A DNA stretch of 62,316 nucleotides, counting the filler, from Porpidia crustulata (taxonomy: Eukaryota): assembly GCA_964255105.1 (NCBI GenBank). It is 16 parts of 16 records of this genome, joined end to end, with 100 filler letters (N's around TTAATTAATTAA, not from the genome) between each part and the next. Parts side by side here need not be neighbours in the genome. Positions count along the whole stretch, not along the records: positions 23,537 to 27,351 come from CAXUWE010002225.1; positions 27,452 to 31,254 come from CAXUWE010002226.1; positions 31,355 to 35,149 come from CAXUWE010002227.1; positions 35,250 to 39,038 come from CAXUWE010002228.1; 12 more parts are not named here. The stretch is one strand, 5' to 3'. Made by a program: the position numbers and the translations under genes. Under the pieces are notes generated by a model. It worked only from the letters and a program-made list of their open reading frames with translations, was not told the origin of the DNA and did not search any database. Shown in pieces: positions 24,163 through 38,025 of this stretch. Each line of letters opens with the position of its first letter. Position 1 is the first letter of the stretch.

Positions 24163-26457
24163 CTATGCAGGCATATTCAAAGATCCGCCGGGTTGGAAGA
24201 ACGCATCGGCCTTCAACTGGTCCTGTTATGATAGTCAGCACCTGGCCCGATCGATATGTAGAGAATAAAAGTCTTATCAGACGTACCTTTACGGCCTCGA
24301 ACGTCGCCGCCGCCGCCTCGAGACTCCAATTACACTCCATCAAACACGAATACGAGGACTCTAACGTCATCTGCGTCTGCACGCTCAAATCGATAGTCAT
24401 ACACTCCTTCAGCCGGTCCTCTTCGGATTTCCCCGGCATCGCGCATCCGAACCCTTGCGGCACCAGCGTCTGCAACCGCAGTTCCGGCGGAGGCGGGTGC
24501 GCGACCAAGAAGTCGCCGACCTGTGGCTTCCACGCCTCGGACCCACCGTAGGAGCGGAGGATGAGGGTGTCGCACGCTACTCGCACGCCGTTGGTGCCGC
24601 CGCCGGGTCCCAGGACGAAGGTGCGGTCGAAGCTGCGGGTGATGGTCGGTTGGTCCGTCTGGATGTCGATTTCGGCGAATTCGCCGTGGACCACAATGAC
24701 CAAGCCGCTGACGCCGGTGGGAGACTGCCCGACCGGGTCCGGAAGGCTGGGGATCAAGCAGCATTCGATGCACCATTTTGGCTGGGCGTGTGAGAGGCTA
24801 GGATGGCGGGTTGCAGGGAATTTCACCCACGCGTCGCGGATGCTCTCTGCACCGGTGTAAAGGCGCGAAATTTTGGCGGGTAATTGAGTGACTTTGATGA
24901 GGTTCCTGCTTCTCTTAATGTATGCGTCCCATCCCGCAGCTTTGGTAGATTGGCTATTGGAATCTCGCGGAGCAGAAGTGTTGATGCTGAGTGAGAAAGT
25001 AGACTTTGCATCGTAGTAGGCGTTGATGCAAGCGATTCGGTCGAGGTCGTAGGTTGGGAAGAAATGCTTGATGAAATTTTCGCCGACGAAACCTTCATCT
25101 TGGAAGCTAGATACAAGGATAGATAGGGGAAGTGTGGAATGGGTTTCGGGTTCCACGGCTGCAGCAGCAGATCGAACTTGAATGCCGTTGATCTTTTGCA
25201 GCCTTGCAAACCATTTCGTGATAGTTTCCATGAAATTGGCCTCTTGCTCCAGAGGGTTACCGGTCAACACAATCTCTTCAAGCAAATTGAACCTGGGGCG
25301 CCAAATTTCGAGTCCTTTCATCGAAAGTCTGTTTTCTGAGAGGTCGAGAGCCTTGGCTTTGGGAAAGGTGGTCGCTAACGTGCTCACAAGATTGAGATCT
25401 TCAAGATCGTTACGTCTCATAGAGATATTCAGAACCGTTTCCTGCTTTTCAAAGGCCTCCCCGAAAAAGGTATCGCATATTCTCATGAGAGCAGGGAAGA
25501 ATTTGTGCCTTCGAGCCTCCGAGTCGAATATTCCGATGTTACTCAGTAACGGGTCGTTTCCAAGATTCGATAAGTCAAGCAGCTTCAGGTCAATATTGTA
25601 TCGACGATTAATGACTTCATGAAGGACAGCAACGGTATTGGGCGTGTCAAGTTCTGCGTTCTTTTCCAATGCAGCCGTTTTTTCAGCTATAATCCTCAAA
25701 TTGCTGTCAATAAAGCTGATATTGTCCATCTTCGTGAACTCGTCTGCATCTTCTGGTGCCACGAATATGACCAAAGAATCACCCTCCAAATAATACTGCA
25801 CAACGTCAGCAAGGTTTATGGCGTTGAATCCGCAAGACACCTATGTGTGGTAATAGCAACATTCGGATATGCTCGTCTTCGTTCAAAGTGATTGACATGA
25901 GACCAAAGCGACTCAGAGGAACTGAAGGTACAGAGTCGCTAGTGCCTGGAGAACCGTAGTGTCCAACGTACCTTTGAAATGTTCCCTCCGGTTTTCTTCA
26001 TCAAAAAATTGCTGACAGACCCAGCTCCGCCATCATCATTTGAAGCTGCTTTAGTTCCCTTGAACCCGGTCACAGCTAAGCGTACCGAGGGTACTTTGTG
26101 ATTTCCTCCGTATTTAGCAAATCCTCCTCCACGTCGTAGTGGAGCTGGACGTTTGGAGTTCAATCTGTGATCGCCTTGTTCCTGCCTGGCTAGCACTCCC
26201 TCAAGATAGCCCCTCGGCCCTCTGCCTACTGCAAGATCGGTGTTCTGATTGACTCTTCTTGAAACTTGGTGTTTATCTATGCCCCTTCCTCTTAGTAACC
26301 CATAGCCTCGCCCGACACCCCGTCCACCGCCACGTCCCCCACCTCGTGCATCGTCCTGCCTTCCATGCCGCCCTGGGCCACTCATTTCAAAGTCGCCATC
26401 CCCATCGACTCGTCGGCTACCTCGAGTCCGCCTGGGTGGTCTGCCTCCGAGAGCCAT
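24163..26457 (-). CDS. MEX67: mRNA export factor Mex67/NXF1 (RGG, LRR, NTF2-like, TAP-C); 3 exons
   Basis: N-terminus RVDGDGDFEM plus RGG repeats; LRR LLDLSNLGNDP..LDLSENRL..LTGNPL; NTF2-like YYDAKSTFSLSIN..YIKRSRNL..HGEF..RSFDRTFVLGP; TAP-C TQMTLESSYSCLMECNWSL. Intron 25796..25971 and a short last intron; stop at 24163. Confidence 0.93.
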
Positions 26458-27451
26458 TCGGGTGCTGTATGGTAGTAAAATTCTCGGATGATGTGGAAGT
26501 GGTGAATGGTAAGTACAGATGCAGACCGCACCTAGAAAAAAGGCAGTCTGACTTTAGATGGCAGGGACGATATTCGAGTAAATTGCTTCGTGACCGTTCG
26601 CAGTAGGGTGAGCATCCTTGATTGAGAGAACAAAAAGAGAACAATGGGAGACCTCGTGGACCATCGGATCTGGAATGTGGCCGCAAATGGCTGGATGTAT
26701 GGAACGATCAAAGCTACATAATCTATGACGCATCCCCATAACCTTCGCAGAGGTGGGAGAAGAGGAGATCTGAAGTGGGAGGGAGTGAAGTTGTAGGAGT
26801 CATGTATGATTTAAGTAAGAATCTTTCGGTGTCATAATGAATTATATCCTTAGTAGTGTTAGTGCCAGGCTGCCAGGGTAGCTGAGGCACCCATACACTA
26901 AGCCTTGCAGGGCTGCAAACTGCGCACTTGAGTCACGTGAAGATAAGATTGCGTCAATTCGTATCATCAGTCCCAAAACGTGCTCACTCCAAGCACAATA
27001 CAAGATGTAATAACATACATATATTCTCGCAGCAGTTCATCACATAAGAACGAACGATGCGACTATCAAAAAAGAGATCCTCACGCGCGACAGTAAACAA
27101 ATAATCCAGACGGCTGCATCTGGCCTTCAGCTGGTCATGCCGTCTCCAGGGCTCATCCGCTTTGCCCAAGCCATCTCACGGTACCGCAATCACCTTTCAT
27201 TTCCTGGTTCTCACCCCCACGACATGATTGCCCCCAGTTCGACCGGTTCAAGCCTCGAAAAATCCATCTATGAGAAATCTCCATGCAAAACCAACTGACA
27301 TCTCCACAGCCTCTTCGGCTGGATCTAGTACCCCCTCCCCCTCTACTGCCCNNNNNNNNNNNNNNNNNNNNNNNNNNNNNNNNNNNNNNNNNNNNTTAAT
27401 TAATTAANNNNNNNNNNNNNNNNNNNNNNNNNNNNNNNNNNNNNNNNNNNN

Positions 27452-29964
27452 GGGGAGAAGGAGTTGGCGGTGGAGTGGCCGATGGGACTGGCGACGCTTG
27501 CGGCGTCGAGAGGACGGGGGGTTGCGTGCGCGGTGGGGGAGTTGTTGTTTTGCGCCACGGGGGAGTTGTTGTTCTTGATGACGAAGGTGAGCAGGAGCAT
27601 CCGTTCTGGACTCGGGTCTTCGATCGTGCAATACTCGAGCAGCTGGATAAAGTCGGGTTTCTTGCTCATGCCTACTTCGAGAGGCACCAAGTACGTGTCT
27701 TTGACGGATGCGTTGGGGCTCTTGCGGATGACGCCGTAGCGGCTACGGTCGGTGAAGTAGCGGAAGAGGCGGTTAAATTGGGCTACGGAGTCAGGGTCGT
27801 CGGTTGGGGTTACGGCAACGACAGATAATTCGGTAGTATGACTCCATTTGAGGCCACAAAGGTAGTCGCTGGCGCGATCAATGGCGATGCGGCCTTCGAT
27901 CAAAAGCGAGCTTGGGATCAATTGAGACCACGGGTAAGTAGAACTGAGGTTGGCACCTGCGACGTGCTTCGCTATTCCGTGGAATTCGGCTATGCTGGGC
28001 ATTGCCACTTTACCACGCCAGACAGCAGATCCGGGGTCCGCTGCATAGTCGATTGGGGAGTACGGCTCTTCTTCCTCGGCTTCTTCGTCTTTTAGGAGGC
28101 GGTCGATATCTGCGTCAGCTTCCCCTGCACGTTGCAGCCCTTGGATCGGCGTGGCGTTTGGCGATGCTTGCTGTGGATTAGAAGAGACACGTTGTCCTTC
28201 GGTTCCTACTGCGGGCCCACTGACGCTTGACCAAACGTTTTGGATATTGAACGTAGACGCCGATTTTCTGTCTGCTGTTGAACTGGATTTTGGTGGAGCG
28301 CTTGTGTCTAAGACTAGAGGCTGTTTGGTGGTCGGGGAGCGTGCATCATTCGAGTATGAAGTTTCTTCGATAGCGGCGGGACTTGGTGGACTCGTTGCTG
28401 GAGGACTTGCTTGTTTCGGTGCATTTGTGTCCATCTCCGATTCCCTCCTCCTAACAGGAACAGGAGCAAAAACCGTCTCTGAAGTAAGAGACTCATTGTC
28501 CACTAGCTCTTCTCCCTTATGAGTCCTACGAATCCTGGGTCCATCTTCCTGGATAATGATGTGCTGTTTCTCGGCCTCTTTCATCATCTCTTCTGTCTTT
28601 TCTTGCAGTTCCTTGCTTGCCATGTCGAATGATGACATCTTGGAGAACTCATTTGGTGATAGGCCTCCACTGAGGAGACGGTCTCTCAAGGCTGGGTTTG
28701 CCTTGACATTATGGAGAATCATCCTGAACTTTTCGCTATACTGGGGATTTTGCTGTGCAGAATGGCCCCAGAAGTTCAGATACACCGCATACTCTACGGC
28801 GAGTCCCAGCTTGAGGCCGAAAGCATCATGGCTTTGGCCTTGCGGAAGCTTGAATTTACCTTGCTTCTGGGCTTGCTGGGTTTGGTCTACGAACAATTTG
28901 ACTAAAGCAGTGGCGGCTCTCCTTCGTCCATCATTCTGCAGATCCGAGATATTCTCTACCAGTTCTGTCTGTAAAACTAACCCCTTCGAATCACGTTTAG
29001 ATGGCGCTTTAGCAGGATTTACTGCAGCACCAGATTTGCGCCGCTCATGAGCAGGTAGCGGAGCCTTAGCCTCGATTGGACTTGAGATCTTGCGGACTTT
29101 ATTTGGTTGTTCCTGCGTGACGCGATTAGCGATTAGCTTAAAATGTCGGAGGAACATCGTATACATACTTGGTATTCTAAATCCTGCGCCTCGTGTGTGA
29201 CTTCCTCCGGTAATTTCCTTTTCTGACCATTCTCCGTCTTACCCCCAGCTTCCATCCCATTGCTAGAATCTGCGAGAATAGGCGTGGCAACTGCCTGATG
29301 GGCAGGTTGAGGATCTGCCTCACCGGACGGTGTACCGTTACTCGTCGCTACAGCTTTGCTCTCTGGCTTCACGTCAGGCTTGGCCTGCGGTTTGACATCG
29401 CTAGCTCTCCCTTTCTTGCCCCTTTTACCTCCCTTGCGCCGACGCGACTTTCGATTCTGCTCGTCTTGTTCTCGCTGCTTCGCCCGTTCTTCCCACGGTC
29501 TCTCTCCTCGAGAAATCTTAGCCAGGAGGTCTTTGTGGTCTTCAGGCTTGCATTGTTCACAGAAGTATTGGTCGGGTAGATCATCGGGGTTCTCGGAGAT
29601 TTCCATACATTCATTGTGTTGCCATGCTTCGCAATTATCGCATACGATCATTACTCTGTCGTCGTCTTCATCCTCTTCGACGTAGCCGCAGATGCACCGT
29701 ATAATAGCATCGGCATCTTCATCAGCGGGTGGAGTCGGTTCTGCTGAGGCTTTGGCCTTATTTCCTTTACCCCCACGCTTGGTTGGTGTAGGCTCATCAA
29801 CCGCCTCAAGCTTTGTGTGCTGGCCTTTTGTGGCTCTGCCGGATCTTCGTACCTCATCTATACGCAAATGTTAGCTGAAGGATTACTTAGAAACATAGGC
29901 TCGATACGATCAAGGGCCGAACATCGAAAAATGATGATGCAAACATCTAATGCTTACCTGCCAT
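27452..29964 (-). CDS. BYE1: Transcription factor Bye1 (PHD, TFIIS-M, SPOC); 3' truncated
   Basis: 7-nt first exon ATGGCAG, then DEVRRSGRATKGQH. PHD IRCICG..CDNCEAWQHNECM..YFCEQC; TFIIS-M KFRMILHNVKAN..MASKEL..RRTHKGEE; SPOC VWRGKV..IEGRI..YF..RSRYGV..KDTYLVP. Confidence 0.93.
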
Positions 29965-30595
29965 GTTCAATGATACACTATGTGGACTACTAAGGCTTCG
30001 GGCTCAATATCGCTCAGGTGCTTCACTCGGACGCGTAGCACATCAAGTCTTGCAGATAAGGTTCTAAGTTACTCCAGACCTTGGAATACAAGATGACCAC
30101 CAGCCGTAGATACCCCAGATTGTGTCTAGACTTGTGCTGCAAGAACACCCCAACGCGCTCTCGAAAATGTAGGAAAAGCCTCCTAAAGCACTGATGCAAA
30201 TACACCACTGTAATCAACAAAGATCGATCTCCACAAGCTTGAAGATACTTCACTTTGACGCTGTAATTGTGTAATATGCTTGTGCCGTCAGCTCTGGCGA
30301 CCCATTGACGGGAGTAGAGCGTGCGTGGAGTGTGTGGTGGTTGTGGTAAAAGTTGATGTTGAGACCTTTGGAGGTGGAGACGGTCGGTGAATGCGACATC
30401 AGATTTATGGCGCTAACCTGCAGTCCACGCTTACCAATACAGTACTCACGTGATCAAAGGTCTTGACTCCACATCGCGAAGCTTCAGGTCTCCAACGGTA
30501 CCTTCGTTACGCAAAACAACACAACATACGCTTGAGCATACTGTTTCTATTCAACGCTCATTGTACGCGTCTTAATTATCATCATTTCCACCACC

Positions 30596-31254
30596 ATGAC
30601 CGATGTTCGCTCAATGCTCCGCAATGAGCGTGCCTCTCGCCGGATTAACCATCCTCAAGCAGCATACTCAACTACGGGCACTCTTGTCTGCGCGGTTTGC
30701 CATATACAACTCAAAGCTGAATCGTTATGGGGTAAACATCTACGATCAAGTCAGCATGCTGTGCGCTTGCAAAGATTAAGGGACGGTCCGCTTGGTAGAC
30801 CACCTGGCGCACCACCACCACAGCCTGCGGGAAGTGATTCTGAAGACGATGGGCTGGGTAACGATAACAACCCAACAAACACCAGCAGTCTCACCGTGGA
30901 CGATGTATCAGCCACAATAATCACTAGCAATGGCAGTAAAAAACGTAAGGCAGACGACGATGGTGAGGATTTGAGGGAACGAGCCAAAGCCGGCGATGAT
31001 AGACCAGATGGGTCCTTGAATGGAAATGCCACCAATACAAATGGTGCACCTCGAGTATTTGCTCGCCCCAAAAAAGTACGCATCGCAGAACACTCCACAA
31101 CCATAGTCTCGCGACTGCCCGCCGAACCCACCGAAGAAGAGTCCGAAGCCCTCCACCCCTCAAACCCAGACAACACCACCCAAGTCGACGAAGACGAATG
31201 GGCCGCCTTCGAACGCGACGTCGCCACCCCTCCTCCCGACTCCCCCTCCAGCAG
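30596..31254 (+). CDS. ZNF830/CCDC16-like C2H2 zinc-finger protein; 3' truncated; divergent from BYE1
   Basis: MTDVRSMLRNERASRRINHPQAAY..CAVCHIQLKAESLWGKHLRSSQH..VDEDEWAAFERDV. Confidence 0.8.
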
Positions 31255-32331
31255 NNNNNNNNNNNNNNNNNNNNNNNNNNNNNNNNNNNNNNNNNNNNTT
31301 AATTAATTAANNNNNNNNNNNNNNNNNNNNNNNNNNNNNNNNNNNNNNNNNNNNATAGTGAAGTCTATTACTCTCTCTGTTTATATCTTGTGTTGTTAAA
31401 GGGACAACTGTTACACGAGATTCTGGCTGTCTCTACCGGGTGAGTAAATGTTCATTTCTTCGAGTCAGTGGGATTTCACGTGAGAACTGGATTGCTGTCC
31501 TCCTGTATGGCAATCGCTGATAGACCTTACCCGCCAGCTACTGCACTGTCTTAGTCGTATTTCTCAGTAACGTGACTATCAAACCAGCTAATTGAGCCGT
31601 ATGATTGAGTCTGAACAAAATTAACGCATCGCTCGAACGATAACGACTGAAATGAAGAATTTGATGAGGTACAATCTAAATGGGGCTTTTAAGATTTATC
31701 AGTGTTATAAGACAAAGAACTTGGTAGATGACGTTCAAGAATGAGAAGAATACTCAATGATAGACTCCAAATTGACGACTTGTGTTGCGTCTTGATAGTA
31801 TTGTCTCAGTCCTAACCCGGTCTATCCAGATTACATATGATTATCCTCAGCATACTAGAAGTACGTCTAGTTCTATTTCTCTTCTAAAATCTTTTTACTA
31901 GTCCCGAGGTCTCTTGGTAGAGGTAAATTGACAGTACTCGCCGTCAAATACTCTTCGTGCAGACATCTACTGACAGATCAGTACTTTTTCTCATGAGGTT
32001 GAGAATATCCATACTCTACCTTTTAAAATATGTTTCCAATTGAGGCGAAGCCACCGCACTGCTATCATTGTTGCATTAAATGTCAATTATCGCTTATAAT
32101 TAATGTAGACTGCAAGCTGTGACGGACGCGTAATCTATGACATGAATTGAAAGATGCTATAGAAAGCCACTGACAAGGTCATTTTATAGTTGACGAATAT
32201 CTTGTGATTGAGGAAGAGTCAGATCAGCTATGACAATAACCATTCTAGGAAGGTTGGGAAGATTTACTTGTCACAAAGAGCAACCGCAAATACTTCTTAC
32301 ATCTCTCGACAATCTCTAGTCAGACCAAGGT

Positions 32332-32443
32332 TACTCATTCCATCCCCTTAACGATCCGCCCCAATCAAACTAGTCGGTATAACCCTAACCCTAGGTGCGA
32401 CGGATCGTTGAGGGGAGTGGACCGCTGGGGGTAGGAACGAGTA
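32332..32443. mobile_element. MITE, telomeric-core family (copy 2, diverged)
   Basis: TA-CTCATTCCATCCCCTTAACGATCCGC ... ACTAGTCGGTATAACCCTAACCCTAGG ... CGGATCGTTGAGGGGA-GTGGACCGCTGGGGGTAGGAACGAG-TA. The right terminus TGGGGGTAGGAACGAGTA is identical to copy 1. Confidence 0.82.
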
Positions 32444-33051
32444 TTCAGATTCTCTTTCCGCCCCTACTTTCTCTTTTTTGCCTTTGTGTCTGCTGGTATC
32501 TCTGTTTCGCTTGCTCATGCTCCGTCTCTTGTGCTTTCGTTCGCGCTGAAGCATTTCCAATTGAGAAGCGATTAGATGAGAAAAAGGTTGATAACTCTAA
32601 CACTAACCCTTATTTGGGAGGGTGTATGAGTAGGCAAGAAAAGTTGTACGACTAGGCAAAGGGGGTGTACGGTTAGTGATTCCCTAAAAGTACTGTGGAC
32701 TGACGACGAGATCAATGAATACACCTCTAACTTTGAATCAACATGAAAGATTAACATAATCTTTCTGACAAATTTCGATGAAGAGGCACAAATAAGAAAG
32801 ATTGAATTAATGAATAAGTTAGAGTTCAGCTTCGATTGAATCGTGAGATCAGCTTTGGATTCAAAGCAGCCTCAGTGGACAGAAGTTGGAAAGTTCGCTT
32901 GGTCCGTTTGACCATAACCACAACATTTTTATAGTCCTAAAAATCTAGGTCAAAATGATATCCCAGCACATTTAAGCACTATCAGTAGATCTTCAAGTAC
33001 TAGGAGAATTTGATCGGTATGCCTTGAAAACCGCCATATATTCATTGCCGG

Positions 33052-34943
33052 TTAGCCATTGATCCTTTGCTGAGCAGGTCTTGCGGCAAAATTTCCGAGA
33101 TTGCCAAACAGGCCAGATTCCTTTGGAGAGCTTGGGCTGCCATGTGGCTTAGAGGAAGGCCCAACCTCGCAATCTGCGGAACCCCAAGGCGAAGGAATTA
33201 CAGCTTTCTCAACAGACGAGTTCCCAAGACTTCTACCGTCAATGTCGACTGCTTCTGCGAAAATCCATGGCCTGTATCCTGCAGAAACATAGATGGTTTC
33301 GAAGCCTGCCCGTGAAGCGTTCCCGATGAGCAAAAACCTTCTTGATGGCTCTGTCGATGAATAGATGTTCCAAGAGACCACCTCCGTAGCCCCGTTCCAG
33401 CTGACGTAGGCGACGGTGGTGATGCTGTCACACGACGTCCCGAACCCAAAGGCTTTCAATGCAGGTTTGCTGTCGGGTAAACCCGTAAAGTTGGATTTGT
33501 AGGCACGATAGCTTGCGAAACCACGGGCTGTAAGTTTTGCTTCTAGAATGCATTGACCATCCGGAGTGAACTCGCTCAGATACGCGTCCTTACTCCAGCA
33601 CACAAAGGCATTATCATTTGGTAGGATCTGGACGTTGCCTCGAATGTATGTCAATCCCTGATCAGGTCTATCCCATTGTTTCAGGACGGTGGCAACCATA
33701 GCTGAAGGTGAGGTGTCGAGAGCTACCACCAGCGCAGAGGAGTACGCTGCCGTTGGGTTGTGGGTTCCATTAGCAGCGTTATTGAATAATGAGATGACTG
33801 TCATCGTGTTATTTCCATCTATAAACCTTGCATCGTGCTGGGACGAGAAGTTAAAATTATTGAGATGGAAAGTGGACATTTTCCCTCCCAATCGCCAGAT
33901 GATACTACCATCGGAACCAGAGACTTTGTAAATAGTATGAGTATCTCTTCCGGAGACAAGATAATCTCCATTGGCATCTTTGTCCACAGAGTTCATGTGA
34001 CTGAGCGTTTAGTGCAAGTCTTGTTAACGTTGGGACAGACTTACATGTAATCCCATTTTACATCTGGAGCGCCCCATCCATTCGGCGGTTCTTCGTAGCT
34101 TTCAGAGAGAGGTATGTGATCTTCCGTACTCCAATGGAATCTCACTTCATTTGACGAGACATCTATATCCCGAAAACTGTTGTAGACGACCCATCCGTTG
34201 TAAGCCTTATCCACGTCAATTGAGTAGAATTTGGCCTGACGTGCAATGATCAAGGCGGAATTTCCGTCTTGAAGAATATTAAATTCGTGCATGTCGAACG
34301 TCTCTGGTTCTTTGAACACGGGAACCGTCTGCTGTACAGCGTATGAGCTTTTTAGAACCACGCCTACGCCCTCTGGAAATTCATTGCTGATATATTCGTA
34401 TTCGGGAAGGTCCGGCCAGATTTGGAAATTATGGGGCGCCCGACAGAGAATAAAAGACAATTGTGATGTAGCCTCAGAAGATACAACTCGAAAGTCGCTG
34501 ATGATTCGTCTAGGAAACAAAGAAGTTCCGCTCCAGACTAGGTTCTAGATAAGTGATAAGTCCAAGGCCTACAATGGAGAGGTTCTGATAGTACTCCAGA
34601 ATTGTCATAGATGTGCGGGCCGACCTGCGGGGTTTGCAGCATCCTCCTTATGTCGAAGGTAGGATCTAATATGTCGTTGTAAAAAGCGATGAACCAATAT
34701 CCAGGACTTATGAGAGAAGCGTTGTAGCTGTTGACCTCAAACTGAGGAGGTCGAATATCGGGTCGCTGAACTACACCGTTAGTTTATTGTATCAGAAGAG
34801 CAAAATTTTCAACCGAGCTTTCCATAACATAGTAACAGACTCACGGACACAAAAGTCTCAAGTCCTTGAGAAAACTCCCTAGCAGAAACAAAGTGCTGGA
34901 TGAGGAGAGCTCCGCACAGTACTCCTAGCAGTCGATTCATCAT
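33052..34943 (-). CDS. Secreted arylsulfotransferase (ASST-like, PAPS-independent); multi-exon
   Basis: Signal peptide MMNRLLGVLCG; FVS/RPDIRPP; PGYWF; GPHIYDNSG; ELVWSG; DMHEF; WDY/HMNSVDKDANGDYLVSGR..IIWRLGG; SQHDARF; GNVQILPN; SYRAYK; YVSWNGATEV. Confidence 0.9.
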
Positions 34944-35638
34944 TTCATATGCAGTTGAAACTCTTGCGGGAGGCGCCTCAGTGCTTGTCAATGATGCTAC
35001 ACAGTTATATCTAAATGAAGTAGATGTACGAAGATGCGGTGTAGTATGGGTAGCACCCTTAAACAACCAGCGCAGGCCGTTGTCTCACCTGTGGACGTGA
35101 CTGAATATAATACAGGGTCTTCGTAGGACACCTCCGCACAGGACTTAACNNNNNNNNNNNNNNNNNNNNNNNNNNNNNNNNNNNNNNNNNNNNTTAATTA
35201 ATTAANNNNNNNNNNNNNNNNNNNNNNNNNNNNNNNNNNNNNNNNNNNNTCGCGTCTCACCAAAATCAATTTCATCTCATCTCATCTACCCATCTACTCA
35301 TCTACCACTACCACAAAACATCCAAAATAAGCCGTCCAAACCCCATTGCTAAACCCCAAAAAGCAAACACCAACCAACCAACAAAACACTCATTATTCAT
35401 TCTTCTTGAAAGAATCGTGGTGGATCCTTCCATGCCGAACGCCGTTTCCCCTGCTGAGTAAGAAAGAGCGATAGTCGTTTGAAATGGGAAATATAGTAAA
35501 TGGTTTTGAGAGCCGGGACGCCGTCGCTAAGGTATCGCGCGCGCCAGACGTTGAAAAGATCAAAAATAGAAAGTAAAAACAGCGCTGGAAAGTCAGGTTC
35601 GTGATAAGTCCCCCGTTGCTGCCCTCCCCCCTACACAC

Positions 35639-38025
35639 TCACCAACTCGCGCTCCCCTGAATCTCCCTGACCTTATCCAAAAACACGCGCTTCTCGACCT
35701 CGCTCTCAAACTCAATCTTAACCGCGCTAATTTTCTTCTGCTTCACGGCGCCCGGGCTCCTGCCCCCCGCGGCGGCGCTCTCGCGGCGCTCAAACACGTT
35801 GCGCGTGACGACGGGGGCGACGGCGAGGCCCTTGATACGGACGCAGCGGTCACCGTCGTCGCGCACGCGGACGGTGTTGCGCGGGGGACAGTTGAGGCGA
35901 AAGGCAAGGTAGCCATCGCGGAAGTGGGCGGTGTAGTGGATCATGGCGAGGACGCCAGCCATGTCATCGTCCTGCCAGATGCGGAGGTTTTCGAGGCCGC
36001 AGAGTTGTTCCTGCAGCGCGAAGGTGTTGCCGATGAGGGTGTCGTGGATGCGCATGGTGCGTTTGGTTTGGACGGAGAGGAGGAGGGTTTTGCCCATTAG
36101 GGCGTTTTGGAAGAGGGTGGAGCCTGGGCGGGCGAGGTTGTTAGTGTGGACTTGAGGGGATAGGACGGGGCGGTGCGGTATTACCTCTTTCGTTATCAAA
36201 CACGTAATTGATCCAAGACGTTTTGATGACTTCTTTGGGTTTAGTATTATATTCGACGTCGTGGAATCTAAGCTCGGCCGAGACGCGGAGGACGACTTTA
36301 CACTTATTACCCCAGACGGTATACGGAATTACTTCCTCACCATCCGCGACTAAAGATATTAGCCCTTGTTTGTAAGATTCGCCCGTCTGTACATACGCTT
36401 CTGTTGCATCCGAACCCTTCGATCATCGCTAATGGCCCATATGCTTGTGATATATCGAGTACTTCCACCAGAAAGCTGCTGCTTCTTGGTGATGATACTG
36501 ATCCGACACGATCCAGCCGCCTCAACCATCTTGAATTCTCCAGGTAAGGCAGGATCGGATGCAGTATACTCAACCAAAATGCCTCGTCTAAACTTCGTGT
36601 CAGCTGCTGATTCACACTTCAGAACGTATCACCTACGCATCACAAAGTGTCGCGGCATCTCCAAAGAGCCTCCGCTCAAACATGTGTTGTTGACTAATTG
36701 TACTGATAGCTCTCGAAGGATCTGCAGGATCTACCACTTGTTTGTCGGCCAGACTAGCGTTTCTGGGCCGCATGTCTTGATTATTGTGTTCAGGCGAAAG
36801 AATTGGCGGTGGAAGCGTGACCGGCGACAAGGACGAAATCCTCAATGATCCTAGGGACGATGATCTAGCACTATCCGCGGTAAGACTTGGGGTATTGTTT
36901 GTTTTTGATCTGACATTCAAATTTAAAGTCACACTCCGCCTGTCTAGCTTGTACTCCGGAGGAGGCTCGTTGTAGTAGGAAGGGAGCCGGTACTGATCTT
37001 GTACGGGTATAATGTCCGACGCTCGTCTAGTATCAAAACCATTGACAGATAAATTGCCGGGAGACAAAGCTTGAGGGGATTGTGATGAGAATTCCGATCC
37101 TACCATTTCTGGCGTCATTTCTGGGGTAAAGGGATGCTGGTAGGTATGTGTATCACTACTCCGTGTTTGGGTCATTGGAGAAACAGCCGAGCTCGCCACA
37201 CCCGATTCAGTCCTGGGCACCGTGGGCGCGAGAGTCGAGTCGATTGGGTCCAACCTAGGGGACCGATCCATGTTGGTTGCCATGGACAGCATCAACTGAT
37301 GAATTTCGGCTACCTTGACATCCAAGTCACCATTTAATTTATCGTGGATGCCTTCGACTTTGTCCGCCATGGGCTCGATCGTCTTTTCAAGCCGCGATAG
37401 AGATTTGCTGCAACCGCATCAGCACATCAGTCCCCACCTAAACCTTGTTTACCCTCTCCCAAAAGTATCATCTTGAAGTAGCGATCGGACTCACCTTTGA
37501 AGAGCTTGCACCGTCAACGCGATAGAACTGACATGCATGTGCAGCATATCTCGCAGTGCCTGTATATTCCCACCTTCGGTCGTCCACCATATTTTCTTGT
37601 AGTTCCGAAGAAGTATAGGCTTCCATGATCGGGCAGCAACAGCGCCTTCTTCGGGTCTGCGGAGATCCTGATATTGGTCCACGAATGAATCCAGATTCTG
37701 TAGGGTCTGCTGATAGTCAGATGCAGGTCAATCTAAATGTCGGGACTATCCCCGCGAAGCTTCCAGGGGGGCCGACCTGGCGACAGCACTCCAGTATCTT
37801 GTCCAACCCTTCCTTCGTTTTGTCGTCTGCGCGGACAAGGATACTGTCGTCGTTGTCGAGAGCTTCAGCGAGCATGTCAATGGATTTGGTCAGGCTGTTG
37901 AGTTCATTCTTGACCTCCTGGAATTCAGCGGGTGCGCTTGACTTTCCCGACGTGAACGCACAACCTATTTTCCATGCGAGCTGCGATAGCATCATAATGT
38001 CTCCAATCGATGGACTCAACGACAT
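35639..38025 (-). CDS. Fungal protein with a HeLo-like/STAND-type N-terminal helical domain and a structured (possibly PH-like) C-terminal region; multi-exon
   Basis: MSLSPSIGDIMMLSQLAWKIGCAF..APAEFQEVKNEL..KKIWWTTEGGNIQALRDML. ORF pieces 37717..38025, 37491..37682, 36633..37370, 36359..36577 and 35639..36199 link through GT-AG introns. Confidence 0.75.

Noticed and set aside
31355..32330. AT-richer ORF-free stretch as a RIP-degraded transposon
   Set aside because: No transposase or reverse transcriptase motifs and no terminal repeats are recognisable by eye, so the call cannot be supported.
13825..34943. Apparent sulfation gene cluster (sulfotransferase-HAD plus arylsulfotransferase)
   Set aside because: The genes are on different contigs separated by five linkers, so co-occurrence gives no evidence of linkage.
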